Part shown: piece after piece, positions 1 through 12,059 of the stretch
Layout: every line of letters starts with the position of its first letter
Position numbering within the stretch: the first letter of the stretch is position 1
Assembly (NCBI GenBank): GCA_038087875.1
Contig: CM075989.1
Coordinates: 992,001-1,056,000, forward strand
Direction of reading: 5' to 3'
DNA from: Malacoraja senta
Lineage: Eukaryota
DNA: 64,000 bases
Position numbers and translations under genes: made by a program
Notes under the pieces: generated by a model
Databases searched by the model: none
Told to the model about the DNA's origin: nothing
The model's input: only the letters and a program-made list of their open reading frames with translations

Positions 1-329
1 AAGCGCTGGCAATTTCGCGATCTCCCGCAGCTGCGGGAGCCCCGGACTTTAAATTTTCCCACGCTGGCTGGAAAACTCCCGACCCGACTGAGGATCCCAG
101 GTACTGTACCTGGAAACCCCGGGATGACCTCCAGAGCCCACGGGCCGGATTTCCCAGGAACAATGAAGCTGGAGCTGTCGACTTTGAAGGAATCCCCGTT
201 CTAGCGCAGGTCCGCAGAAACAGCAGGTACAGGAAACTCAGCACCTGGAAACAAAGGGGAAGCCTCCATTGTGTCCGGAAACGTGGCCAACTGGCAGGAC
301 TTCAGGTCAGACGGAAGCGCAGGGGACTT

Positions 330-3094
330 CGGCCCCCTCTCCCTACTATCCTACTGGCCAACGTACAGTCCCTTGAAAATAAAGTGGAGGACGTAAGGGC
401 AAGGCTGCTTTACCAAAGGGAGCTGAGGGAATGCTCTGTGTTCTGTTTCACAGAGACATGGCTCACCCCCAGCTCCCCAGACTAAGCGGTCCAGCCTGAA
501 GGGTTCTCCATCCACCGTATGGACCGTACACTGGCATCTGGGAAAGGGAGAGGAGGGGGCGTCTGCCTCATGGTCAACTCTGCGTGGTGCTCAGACGTGG
601 CAGTCCTGTCCAACTCCTGCTCTCCACACCTCGAACATCTGGCGGTGAAGTGCCATCCCTTCTACCTCCCAAGGGAATTCACCTCCATCATCCTGACCGC
701 GGTCTACATCCCACCCCAGGCAGACGTCCGTCTAGCACTGGAGGAGCTGCACGCCGTGGTCAACAAACACCAGACGTCTTACCCCGAGGCGTTCACCACC
801 ATAGCCGGGGACTTCAATAAGGCAAACCTAAAGAAATCACTCCCTAACTTCCACCAACATGTCTCCTGCTGCACCAGAGGACCAAACACCCTCGACCACT
901 GCTACACCACCATCAAGAATGCCTATCGCTCTATCCCTCGCCCTCACTTCGGTAAATCCGACCATGCTTCTTCCTGCCTACAGGCAGCAATTAAAGAGCG
1001 CACCCCCAGAGGTGAGGACAGTACAGAGCTGGTCGGGGGGGGGGGCAGAGGAACAACTCCAGGGCTGTTTGGAGCCTGTAGACTGGGCAATGTTCAAGGA
1101 CTCGGCAACGGACCTGAACGAATACGCCACAGTCGTTACAGACTTCATTAAGAAGTGTGTGGAGGACTGCATCCCCACCAAAACCTTCCGAGCGTTTCCC
1201 AATCAGAAACCTTGGATGAACTTTGAGATCCGCACTCTTCTGAAGTCCAGACACCGGGCATTCAAGTCTGATGATACAGTGGCCTACAAGAAGTCCAGAT
1301 ACGACCTTGGTAAGGCCATCAAAAAGGCCAAAAGGGACTTCTGCCCCAAAGTGGAGGATGAGACAGATGTTCGGCAGCTGTGGCGGGGCTTGAATGCAAT
1401 CACCTCCTACAAGGCGAAATCAGGAGGCAGCTCGAATGTCGGCGAAACATCACTCCCTGATGAGCTCAATGCATTTTACGCACGCTTTGATAGGGAGAAC
1501 ACCGATGTGCCTTGCCGATCCCCCATTCGCTGCGATGGTATTTCAGTCTCAGTCACAGAGGCCGACGTCAGGAAATCCTTCAGAGGGGTGAACCCTCGAA
1601 AAGCGCCTGATGGTATACCTGGTCGCGTTCTAAAAACCTGCGCGGACCAACTGGCTGGAGTTTTTACGGACATTTTCAACCTCTCACTTCTGAGGTCTGA
1701 GGTTCCCACCTGCTTCAAAAGGGCATCAATTATACCAGTGCCCAAGAAGAGTAAGGTGACATGCCTCAATGACTATCGACCTGTGGCACTAACGCCTGTG
1801 GTGATGAAGTGCTTTGAGAGGTTGATCATGACGCAGATCAACTCCTACCTCAACAAAAACCTGGACCCACTGCAGTTCGCTTACCGCCACAACAGATCAA
1901 TGGTGGATGCGATCTCGCTGGCCCTCCACTCCGCTCTGGACCACTTGGACAACAAAAACTCATATGTCAGGCTGTTATTCATCGATTACAGCTCGGCATT
2001 TAACACAATCATCCCCTCCAAGCTGGTTACCAAACTCGCAGAACTGGGTCTCTGCGCATCCCTCTGCAATTGGATCCTCGACTTCCTCACTCTCAGACCA
2101 CAGTCTGTTCGTATTGGTGGAAATGTGTCAGACTCGATAACAATTAGCACGGGAGCACCTCAAGGCTGCGTGCTCAGTCCCCTGCTGTACTCACTCTATA
2201 CTCATGACTGCATAGCCAGACATAGTGCGAACTCCATCATCAAGTTCGCTGACGACACCACTGTTGTGGGACGTATCACTGATGGGGATGAGTCAGAATA
2301 TAGAAGAGAGATCGAGCAACTGTCCATATGGTGCCAGCACAATAACCTGGCCCTCAACACCAGCAAAACCAAGGAACTGATTGTGGACTTTGGAAGGAGT
2401 AGGATGTGGACCCACAGTCCCGTTTATATCAACGGGTCGATGGTTGAAAGGGTCAAGAGCTTCAAATTCCTGGGCGTGCACATCTCTGAAGATCTTTCCT
2501 GGTCCGAGAACACTGATGCCATTATTAAGAAAGCACATCAGCGCCTCTACTTCCTGAGAAGATTACGGAGAGTCGGTTTGTCAAGGAGGACTCTCTCTAA
2601 CTTCTACAGGTGCACAGTAGAGAGCATCGTGGCTTGGTTCGGCAACTTGTGCGCCCTGGAGAGCAAAAGACTACAAAAAGTAGTAAACACTGCCCAGTCC
2701 ATCATCGGCTCTGACCTCCCTTCCATCGAGGGGATCTATCACAGTTGCTGCCTCAAAAAGTCTGGCAGTATCATCAAGGACCCACACCATCCTGGCCACA
2801 CACCCATCTCCCTACTACCTTCAGGTAGAAGGTACAGGAGCCTGAAGACTGCAACGACCAGGTTCAGGAACAGCTACTTCCCCACAGCCATCAGGCTATT
2901 AAACCTGGCTCGGACAAAACACTGAACAATACTGTTATTTGCACTTCATCAGTATATTGATTCATGTGTGTATATATTTATAGAATGCCTTGTGGTCAAT
3001 GCCTACTATGTTCTGTTGTGCTGAAGCAAAACAAGAATTTCATTGTCCTATCAGGGACACATGACAATAAACTCACTTGAACTTGAACTTGAAC
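330..3094 (+). mobile_element. Rex1/Babar-type non-LTR retrotransposon (APE endonuclease + RT), near full length, mildly disrupted
   Basis: Endonuclease start PLPTILLANVQSLENK near 333, with a premature TAA at 483-485 and motifs TAVYIPPQA, IAGDFN, PHFGKSDH. A frameshift near 960 leads into the RT ORF 859-2925 ([30 protein letters not shown]). The element ends in a (CTTGAA)n tail at 3076-3094. Confidence 0.92.
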
Positions 3095-3422
3095 ATATGT
3101 CCCACAATGGCTATCTACAACCATGCAGCCACGAGTGGTGGAAGGGCTGAGCATTTAGTATCATGTTGCTGAATGCAGCAGTGCGATTGCAAGGTGCATG
3201 CAAGGTGACGTGGAGAGATGGGTCTGATCGCGTTTGAAATGGTTACCCCATTACTGGAATAATCTGGGGTGATACGATTTGCAGTATTCGAGATTTTGCA
3301 ATTAAATTCCCGAACTGAAACAATTTGTCCCAACAGGGATTTCACTCGATTATCGTCATCTGTTTTTCACATTTACTTTAAAAAAAATAAGGTCTTAAGT
3401 TCCCCGTGGAGATCGGAAAGAA

Positions 3423-3430
3423 TATAAAAA
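3423..3430 (+). promoter_or_regulatory. Candidate TATA box of the GPCR gene
   Basis: TATAAAAA 88 nt upstream of the ATG at 3511, in unique non-repeat sequence. Confidence 0.5.
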
Positions 3431-3510
3431 GCTCTGGAGATACATGTCTTCAAGATTGCATTCGGTGAGATTACTCGCAGTCTAAAGGGACACGTTGCTT
3501 CACATACAGG

Positions 3511-3577
3511 ATGGTGTACAATTATTACAACGTCGACAAAGTACTGTACGTGATCATTGCTGTCATTGGAGTTCCCG
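3511..3577 (+). CDS. Exon 1 of GPR139/GPR142-like class A GPCR (MVYNYYNVDKVLYVIIAVIGVP)
   Basis: ATG at 3511 opens a hydrophobic TM1 half and ends at a perfect G|GTAAGT donor (3578). The phase-1 join to the acceptor at 8632 restores ...IGVP-V-NFVAIVIL, a continuous TM1. Confidence 0.88.
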
Positions 3578-3896
3578 GTAAGTCAGGACAACAATACGTG
3601 TGGAACTGTGCGAATTAATTGAGAGGGCAACGCGAGCACAGCTAAAGAAACAATTCGTTGCTGTCTTCAGATGTGAGATATAAATAATTCCCCGGATTCG
3701 TGAGGGAACTTCTTCTGAAAACGAGAATTTAAAGTAAATCACCATTCCCATTAAACGAGGCAGTCGTAAATGAGATATGAGAGTCCTGAATTAGTCTGTT
3801 ACGTTCGACGATGGAATGATTCGTGCAGATTGGGCAACCCAATAATTTAATGAAAGAGGGGGGTGGGGGGGGGGGAGAATAGAAGGGATTACAGAC

Positions 3897-4380
3897 TGTT
3901 TAAGAAGGAACTGCAGATGTTGGAAAATCGAAGGTACGCAAAAATGCTGGAGAAACTCAACGGGTGCAGCAGCATCTATGGAGCGAAGGAAATAGGCAAC
4001 GTTTCGGGCCGAAACCCTTCTTCAGACTGATGGGGGGTGGGGAGAAGAAAGGAAAAAGGCGGAGGAGGAGCCCGAAGGCTGAGGGATGGGAGGAGAGAGC
4101 CCGAGGGCTGAGGAAGGGGAGGAGACAGCAAGGGCTAGCAAAATTGGGAGAATTCAATGTTCATGCCCCCAGGATGCAGATTCCCCAAGCTGAATATGAG
4201 GTGCTGTTCCTTCAATTTCCGTTGTTGCTCGCTCTCGCCATGGAGGAGACCCAGGACAGAGAGGTCTGATATCACAGAGGGGGGGGGGCAGTTGGAGAGG
4301 AGGTTGTGATACTGTCACCGGAGAGAGGAGGAGAACTTCTTCAAAGTAGGCATACCTTGAGGAGATTTCGCAGTGTAGAC
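3897..4380 (-). mobile_element. Penelope-like element 3'/pLTR fragment in the GPCR intron
   Basis: Reverse complement matches the 8210-8575 Penelope end (C-terminal part of the endonuclease ORF). Hammerhead-like motif at 3997-4025. Confidence 0.8.
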
Positions 4381-4639
4381 AAAGTGGACAAAATATAGTT
4401 CAGAGCACAGATTATATTTGGAATATTTTTGGAGGACCAAGAACCAAGAAACCAAGAAACATATCAGTTTCAATGCAGAGTTGGCAATGGGGTAGAGGTG
4501 AATCGTATGCCTGTGGAATCGTGGCTTATGGAAAGACAATTCAGAAGCCTGGTAACAGAGGGGATGAACTGTTCTTGAATCTGCTGGTGTGCGCTTTCAA
4601 GCTTCTGTACCTTCTGTCCAACGAGAGCTGCCTCAATTG

Positions 4640-5080
4640 GGAGGTATTAACGGCAAGGATGGATTGGACAAACTTCGATAGATTTCTCTGGAATGAACGA
4701 GGTTGATCTGATAGAAAAATATATAATTATGGGAGGCATAGATAGGGTAGAGAGTCAGAATCTTTTTCCCAACGTGGAATGTCGAAAACTGGAGGGCATA
4801 GGTTTAAGATAAGAGATGTTTACAGATGTGGAGGGCGTCTTTTTTTAATTATACTGCACACACAGGGGGTGGTTGGTGCCTAGAATGCGCTAGCAAGGGT
4901 GATGGTGGCGGCAGATACGATACTGGACTTTGAGAAGCTTTTGGATAGCACATGCACATGGAGGGAATTGAGGATATTGATCATGTGAAACCAGATGAGA
5001 TGACTTTATCTTGACAGCATGTTGGCTGCAGACTTTATGTGCTAAAGGGACTGTTTCTTTGTTGTTCCTTTCTATGTTCC
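4640..5080 (+). mobile_element. Degenerate CR1 LINE 3' fragment
   Basis: Resembles the 3' ORF2 and UTR of the CR1 copies at 40750-41210 and 48800-49250. Confidence 0.65.
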
Positions 5081-5811
5081 ATGAAACTGGGCGGAGAGTG
5101 AACTCTGAGGTGGTTGAAGCAAGCTGACAAGACTTAGGAGATAAACTGGTGATGCAATGTTTAGTTTATAGAAAAATGAATGGCATAGGATTTTCATTGC
5201 CACAATTTGTTGGGAAACGTTGACACTTTAATTGGTCGAAGTGTCCTCCTATGCTAGTAAATAATGTTACAACTGCAAGTGCATCAAGCCGTTAGGGGGA
5301 CAAGTAGCCCGTGGGACTTCAACACATTGAATTTGTATTGCTGTGATGAGGATTTCCTGCTGCAATATTTTTGGGCTATGGTGAAAACTAACTTGGAGTC
5401 AAAGGGGAGATCAAGGTTCATGGTTCAGATGTACCGGAGAGGCAGGGCAATCTGAATACGGGGGTTTTGTCATACTTTATGCGATTGGGTGGATAATGCC
5501 CTATTCACATGAGTGTAGAAACACAGAGGATATCTCATTGGAATAATGTATGGAATAGCGGAGGCAGTGGCCATGCACTTCTGTTCATTACTCTGAATAG
5601 TTCGGAAGTAGGGAATTAACTGGAGGACACCAAGAGAACCGGTGACCATATGCCTCTGAGGTGGGTCATGAGCTGGAGAGCGTCCAGTGAATCTGAAGCT
5701 GTTTATTGATGCTGTGTGTTCATGCTGGGAGACTTGCCTTATAACTGCCCCCGTCTCCGGCTGAATACTGCAGATCAAGTGCAATCCACCTGAAGCTCTT
5801 CCCGTCTCCTT

Positions 5812-6880
5812 TCAGACACGGAGCTTCCAGGAGCACGTTATACACAAAATGTAGGAGTAACTTAGCGGGTCAGACTTTTCTCCATAAGGAATAGCTGACG
5901 TTTCGGGTCAACCCTTCTTCAGAGTGAGAGTCAGGGTAAAGGGAAACGTAAGTTATAGACGGTGGTGTAGAGATATATATAATTACTAGGACAGAAAGGT
6001 CAGTGTGCGAATAGGAGGGGGAGTTAAAGTGCTGAGCAACAGGGAGATCAGGTAGGTTAAGGCGGACTGAGCGGAGGTTTTCAGCGAATAGATCGCCCAT
6101 TCTACGTTTCGTCTAGCCAATGTATAATGATCCACACATTGAACAACGGCTACATTAGATGAGGTTGGAGGAGACGCAAGTGACCCTCTGTCTAACCTGA
6201 AGGAACTGTCGGGGTCCCTAGACAGAGTCGAGGGAGAAGGTTTCGGGACATGTGTTGCAGCTCCTGGGGAAGGGGTGGTTTGGGTGGGAAGGGACGAGTT
6301 AACCAGGGATTTGCGGAGGAAACGGAAAGGGGTGGGGATGGGAAGATGTGACTGATGGTGGGATCCCGTTGGACTTGGCGAAATGTCGGATGATCATGTG
6401 TTGTATGCGACCGCTGATGGGGAGACAGTGTCCCCCTAGTCCTTACTTTTGTCAGAGTGAAGCTAAACGCAAATTGGAGGAAGAGCATCTCATAATTCGC
6501 GTGGGCAGCTTACGGCAAAGTGGTGTGAATATTGATCCCTCTAACTTCAAGTAAACCCCGTATTCTTTCTCTCCTCATCCCCCCCCCCCACCCAAGTCGC
6601 ACCAGTTTCTCGTGTTCGCCCCAAAAAGCAGCGAACAATGGCCTGTTTACTTTAGCATCGTTACTTTTTTGCATATCGTTCATGCATTTGTTCAATATCT
6701 CTCTACATCACCGTCTATATCTCTCGTTTACCCTCTCCCCTAACTCTCAGTCTGAACAAGGGTCTCAACCCGAAACATCACCTATTCCATTTCTCCAGTG
6801 ATGCTGTCTGACCCGCTAAGTTACTCCAGCTTTTTGTTTCTAACTTCGATTTAAACCAGCATCTGCGGTTTCCACCGCCA
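5812..6880. mobile_element. Penelope-like element with inverted arms (GIY-YIG fragments)
   Basis: Minus-strand GDLFAENLRSVRLNLPDLPVAQHFNSPS (5870-6100) and plus-strand KRKLEEEHLI (6460-6550). Inverted hammerhead-bearing ends at about 5900 and 6750. Confidence 0.75.
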
Positions 6881-7168
6881 CATCAATACCAGACCCGGGT
6901 CAAATGTGTAAAGAGGGTGTTAGCATGTATAGAGATTTGAACGCGCCATGTCTCATCCATCCATCCATCCATTCATTCATTCATTCTCCTCCTAGGAACA
7001 CAATATTACTCGGGGCCATTATCCTCGTCCTTACAAATATTTCTCTTTACACAAAAGGGCCAGACTATTGGAGAAGTGGGACTGTGTTTGGGACAGTATT
7101 TAAATTAACTCGACTCGGACCTTAACTATTTTGCCCGATAATATTGAGCCTGTGGTCAACTCATTGAT

Positions 7169-8574
7169 GCTGGAGAAACTCAGCGGGTGCAGCAGCATCT
7201 ACGGAGCGAAGGAAATAGGCAACCTTTCGGGCCGAAACCCTTCTTCAGACTGAGGAAGGGTGGGGGAGGGGAGGGGGGCGGGGTGAATAAAGGAAAAAGG
7301 AGGAGGAGGCGCCCGAGGGCTGAGGGAGAGCTAGGAAAGGGAGGAGACAGCAAGGGCTACCGGAATTGGGAGAAGTCAATGTTTATGCCACTAGGATGCA
7401 GACTACCCAAGCGGAATATGTGGTGCTGTTCCTCCAATTTCCGGTGGTGCTCACTCTGGCCATGGAGGAGGCCCAGGACAGAGATGTTCGATACAGAATG
7501 GGAGGGGGAGTTGAAGTGCTGAGCCACCGGGTGGTCAGGTTGGTTAATGCGGACCGAGCGGAGGTGTTCGGCGAAACGATCGCCAAACCTACGCTTGGTC
7601 TCACCGATGTAGAGAACCCCCTCCCTCTCCCCTACTATAGATGAGGCTCGCACCACGGTCTCTTCCATACCCCGTAACACTGCTCTCTCTCCCCATCCAC
7701 CCACTCGCAACAAGGGCAGAGTCTCCCTCGTCCTCACATTTCACCCCACTAGCCGTCACATACAACAAATAGTCCTCCGTCAGTTTCACCACCTCCAACG
7801 TGACCCCACCACTGGCCACATCTTCCCATCGCCCCCCCCCTCTAGTCTGCCTTCCGCAAAGACCGCTCCCTCCGTAACTCCCTTGTCAATTCTTCCCTTC
7901 CCTCCCATACCACCCCCTCCCCGGGCACTTTCTCTTGCAACCGCTAGAGAATTCACTTGTCGCTTTACCTCCCCCCTCGACTCCATTCAAGGACCCAAGC
8001 AGTCGTTCCAGGTGCGACAGAGGTTCGCCTGTATCTCCTCCAACCTCATCTATTGCATCCGCTGCTCTAGATGCCAGCTGATCTACATCGGTGAGACCAA
8101 GCGGAGGCTTGGCGATCGTTTCGCCGAACACCTCCGCTCGGTCCGCAATAACCAACCTGACCTCCCGGTGGCTCAGCACTTCAACTCCCCCTCCCATTCC
8201 GTATCCGACATCTCTGTCCTGGGTCTCCTCCATGGCCAGAGTGAGCACCACCGGAAATTGGAGGAACAGCACCACATATTCCGCTTGTGTAGTCTGCATC
8301 CTAGTGGCATACACATCGATTTCTCCCAATTCCGTTAGCCCTTGCTGTCTCCTCCCCTTCCTATCTCTCCCTCAGCCCTCGGGCTCCTCCTCCTTTTTCC
8401 TTTCTTCTCCCCGCAGCCCCCCCCCCTCCCCACCCCCCATCAGTCTGAAGAAGGGTTTCGGCCCGAAACGTTGCCTATTTCCTTCGCTCCATAGATGCTG
8501 CTGCACCAGCTGAGTTTCTCCAGTACTGTTGTCTACCTTCGATTTTCCAGCATCTGCAGTTCCTTCTTAAACAC
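7169..8574 (+). mobile_element. 5'-truncated Penelope-like element with inverted partial duplication and 14-bp TSD
   Basis: GIY-YIG motif NLIYCIRCSRCQLIYIGETKRRLGDRFAEH (ORF 7883-8338). 7169-7610 is an inverted copy of about 8085-8525. GTCAACTCATTGAT flanks both sides (7155-7168, 8575-8588). Confidence 0.9.
8445..8473 (+). ncRNA. Minimal hammerhead-ribozyme-like motif in a Penelope pLTR
   Basis: CTGAAGA-A-GGGT-TTCG-GCCC-GAAAC-GTT shows the CUGANGA and GAAA core with a helix II hairpin. Helix I pairing is not evident. Confidence 0.6.
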
Positions 8575-8632
8575 GTCAACTCATTGATTACGAGTTGAGC
8601 CATGTGCATTGTCCTCCCTTGTCTTTCCGCAG

Positions 8633-9540
8633 TGAATTTCGTGGCGATTGTGATCCTGTCCCGGGGAAAGTGCGGCCTCTCCACCTGCACCACTCGCTAC
8701 CTGGTGGCCATGGCAGCCGGCGATCTACTGGTCATCATCAACGAGGTCATTTTGTTTCGTATCAACATACATTATTTCCCGTGGTGTTTCCTGCATCTCA
8801 CCCCCATTTGCAGCCTCACCCAGATACTGACCAACTCATCCACAAACCTTTCTGTCTGGTTTACCGTCGCTTTCACTTTCGATCGATTTGTTGCCATTTG
8901 CTCCCAGAAACTGAAAACAAAATATTGCAATGGGAAAATATCGGCCGTGATTATATCCGTAATCAGCATTTTCATCTGTCTGAAAAATGTTCCCCATTAC
9001 TTCACTATGGAAGCTTGGATTATCATCGACAATGTACCGTGGGGCTGCAGTTATAGGGCATATATTTCCCAACATGTCGTGTGGTTGGCATGGGACTGGT
9101 TCGGCACTTTCTTATCTCCGTTGCTCCCTTTCGCTATAATCCTATTGTTCAACGCTCTGACAGTCCGCCACATTTTGGTGGCCAACAGGGCCCGTAATCG
9201 ACTGATGGGTCAGAACAAGGGGGAGAACCGCAGTGACCCGGAGATGGTGAGCAGGAGGAGGTCTATCATTTTACTTTTCGCTCTCTCTGCTACCTTCATA
9301 CTGCTCTGGCTAACGACCGTGATAGACTTCTTCTATTCTCAGGCCAAAGGACCAGGAAGAGAAGGGAACGATGCGGAATTTATCTTGAACAATGTCGGCC
9401 ATTTGTTGAGAAATCTCAGCTGCTGCACGAACACGTTTATTTACGCGGCGACCCAGACCAAATTCAGGGAGCAGGTGAAGAATGCGGTGACATATCCGGT
9501 CACCGCCGGGCTCCGCTTCTTTAGGAAGGTTAACCATTGA
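8633..9540 (+). CDS. Exon 2 of GPR139/GPR142-like class A GPCR (spliced product 324 aa)
   Basis: Polypyrimidine tract plus CAG acceptor ending at 8632. The open frame has a 7TM pattern: YLVAMAAGDLL (TM2), FTFDRFVAIC (DRY variant), PLLPF (TM5), CCTNTFIY (NPxxY variant). Stop TGA at 9538-9540. Confidence 0.92.
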
Positions 9541-10189
9541 CCTGGGCGTTCCAGATGCTTTCCTGAATTGGTTTTAAACAAGTGAGAGTTCCGCATTCTA
9601 CCACATTGAGATGCTCTCTTCCCAGAGTTTATATAGCCTTGGGGTAAAAAGATGTTAAACTTAAACCAGTTCTTAATCGTCCATCACTTACAATAGCCGT
9701 ACGCATGTTGTTACAAATACTTCCATAGAAGGGGAAATTAATATGCACTTTTTCTCTGCGCCAATTAGTTTTACATAGTTCAAGTAGCTGACTCGCAAAC
9801 CCTGTCCACATGAAGGGAAACAAACATGTCCAACAATCGATGTTCACAACACAACTGTTCCGTCCCAGGCTAACCTGCTGCTGAATCTCTTCTGCCTCTT
9901 TTCCACAAACCACACATCCTGCCTCTCTACTGACATTCAGGACTGCACGCAGGCCCTCTCGTAGATGAACTGAGGCCCACGCCTATTTCAATTTTTGAGG
10001 CCTCCGAATCAAGATCCCTTGAAGCAGACAGGCATGAGGCTCGCCAATTGGTACTCGTTGCCCCCCCCCCCCCTGACACGGCCTGACTGCACGTAGTTCT
10101 CCTGATAAACACATCTTTGCACAGTTTTGCTCTTAACTATTTGCTCTTAACTATTTGCTCTTAACTATTCCATGTCCGGTTAAAGGAAG

Positions 10190-10520
10190 ACAAATAGCCT
10201 TACTTGATAGAAATATGTGAATATATGAAAGGCGTCGATAGCGTAGACATTCTGAACACTTTTCCCAGGGTGGAAATGTTAAAGGGTGGAGGACATGGCT
10301 TTAATGTAAGATGGAAACAGAATAATGGGGCACACAGTGCCTCGAACGCACTGCCAGGGGGTGGTGATGGACACAGACACGATAGTGGCATTTAAGAGCA
10401 TTTTAGATAGGCACCTGGATGTGTTGGGAATGGAGGAGTCCGCATCATGTGTGGGCAGATGAGGGCAGCTTATTTAGTAATGCGGGTCGATTCCTGTGCT
10501 GTACATGTCTATATTCTATG
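10190..10520 (+). mobile_element. Degenerate CR1 3' fragment
   Basis: LIEICEYMKGVDSVD...RGHGF-like remnant followed by a CR1-type UTR. Confidence 0.6.
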
Positions 10521-10699
10521 TATTAATTTCACGTCAGCCTGTGCGAATGCTTGGAGATGCCCCTGTTCCTCAATAAGAATTTAGCAATCATTGCCGTGGT
10601 TTTGCACACAACAAACTGAAAATCCACTTATCATAGCTATCTTACCTTTTCATTCATATTCTACAGCTGAGGTCGGACCTCCTCATCATTATATGGCAA

Positions 10700-10912
10700 A
10701 GAACTGCAGATGCTGGTTTACTTCGAAGATAGACACAAAACGCTGTAGTGATTCAGCGGCTCAGACAGCATTTCTGGAGAAAAGGAATAGGCGACGTTTC
10801 TGGTCGAGACCACGTCAATCTGAAGAAGGGTCTCGACCCGAAACGTCACCTATTCCCTTTGTCCGGAAACGCTGCCTGACCCGCTGGGTTACTCCGGCAT
10901 TTTGTTTCTATC
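10700..10912. mobile_element. Palindromic non-autonomous Penelope-pLTR derivative with hammerhead-like motif
   Basis: Arms at about 10728-10811 and 10829-10912 are imperfect reverse complements. CTGAAGAAGGGTCTCGACCCGAAACGTC at 10820-10847. Confidence 0.7.
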
Positions 10913-12059
10913 CTCTTCATCATTACCATATTTCATGTCATTTGCGAATGTTTAAATTCGCCAGATTAATTAGTCAATGCCCTCAATGTGCACAACCTTT
11001 AGGAAAAGGTCCAGTACTGTTCCCTGGGATGTTTGATATTTGTTACACGTACAGGGCGCGGATCTCCACCACACATTGTCCTGGACAGTCACATCCTGGC
11101 ACCCAATTAGTTTCAGATTTAAACTAAAACTTTAGCCTGAATTCCATTGGGCAAATTGTGAAAGGTTTCATTAAAATTCATCAAACAACGTTCTTTCCAC
11201 AATTGCACACACATAACAATCAACTTTGTTACACAAGATCTCCAGTTAAAAGCCATGCAAACTACTGCTGATCAAACCATCCCTGGTGAACTCCTGCCTC
11301 TGCAAGTGCAGATTTAGCCATGTCCTCGCACTTTTCGCCATTATATAATGCCTTCCTATTGCTTTTAGATTACCAGGTCTGTCATTGCGTTGCTTATAAC
11401 AGCTGTGTTTTTGTAATACAGAGCACCTTTGCTTTCCTCCGTTATGATCTCAGAGGATTATAAAATTTCCGTCTGGGCCGCCGCAATAACCTTGCTCCCT
11501 CACGAAAGTAAGGCATGCATACTATCAGATGCCCGGATTTGGCCAGCATGAACAAGCCAAACATAATATTTTTATGGTACGATTTCCAGAATTGCACCCC
11601 TCCCCTACCTCCTCGCCCCCCCCCCCCACCACCCAGCTCCTCGCCCCACCCCCACGTCCCCGTCTCCTCTCGTCCCTCGTCCACCCCCCTTGTCCCTCGT
11701 CCCCCACCATATTTCCGTCTAATAATACACTTGAAACCGGGGATATATATTAATTTACCTCTTCGCTCGCAGCCTCCAGCTCAGTTCACTTGCCACGTTC
11801 CCCGCTAGCGGGCGCTACACTCACCCGGCCAACGCCTTACCCTAAATACACTAACATCAAGCCGACAGCTCTATTCCTGCCCTTTCTTCAACAAACTAAG
11901 AGGTTGCCAGCAACACTAAATATACTCAGTTAGCTCCTGCTGTTTTATTTAACACATTTTGCCATTTATGAATTAAACACTCAGTACTCGATTTTGTGAG
12001 AACTTTAAGGTTCCTTGTATGTTTTGCTTAGCTTTCTGCCACTCAGTGTGTGGAGTGTC

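Noticed and set aside
8602..8632. ORF-track N-terminus MCIVLPCLSA of the GPCR
   Set aside because: This is the intron's polypyrimidine tract and acceptor. The better-supported start is exon 1 at 3511.
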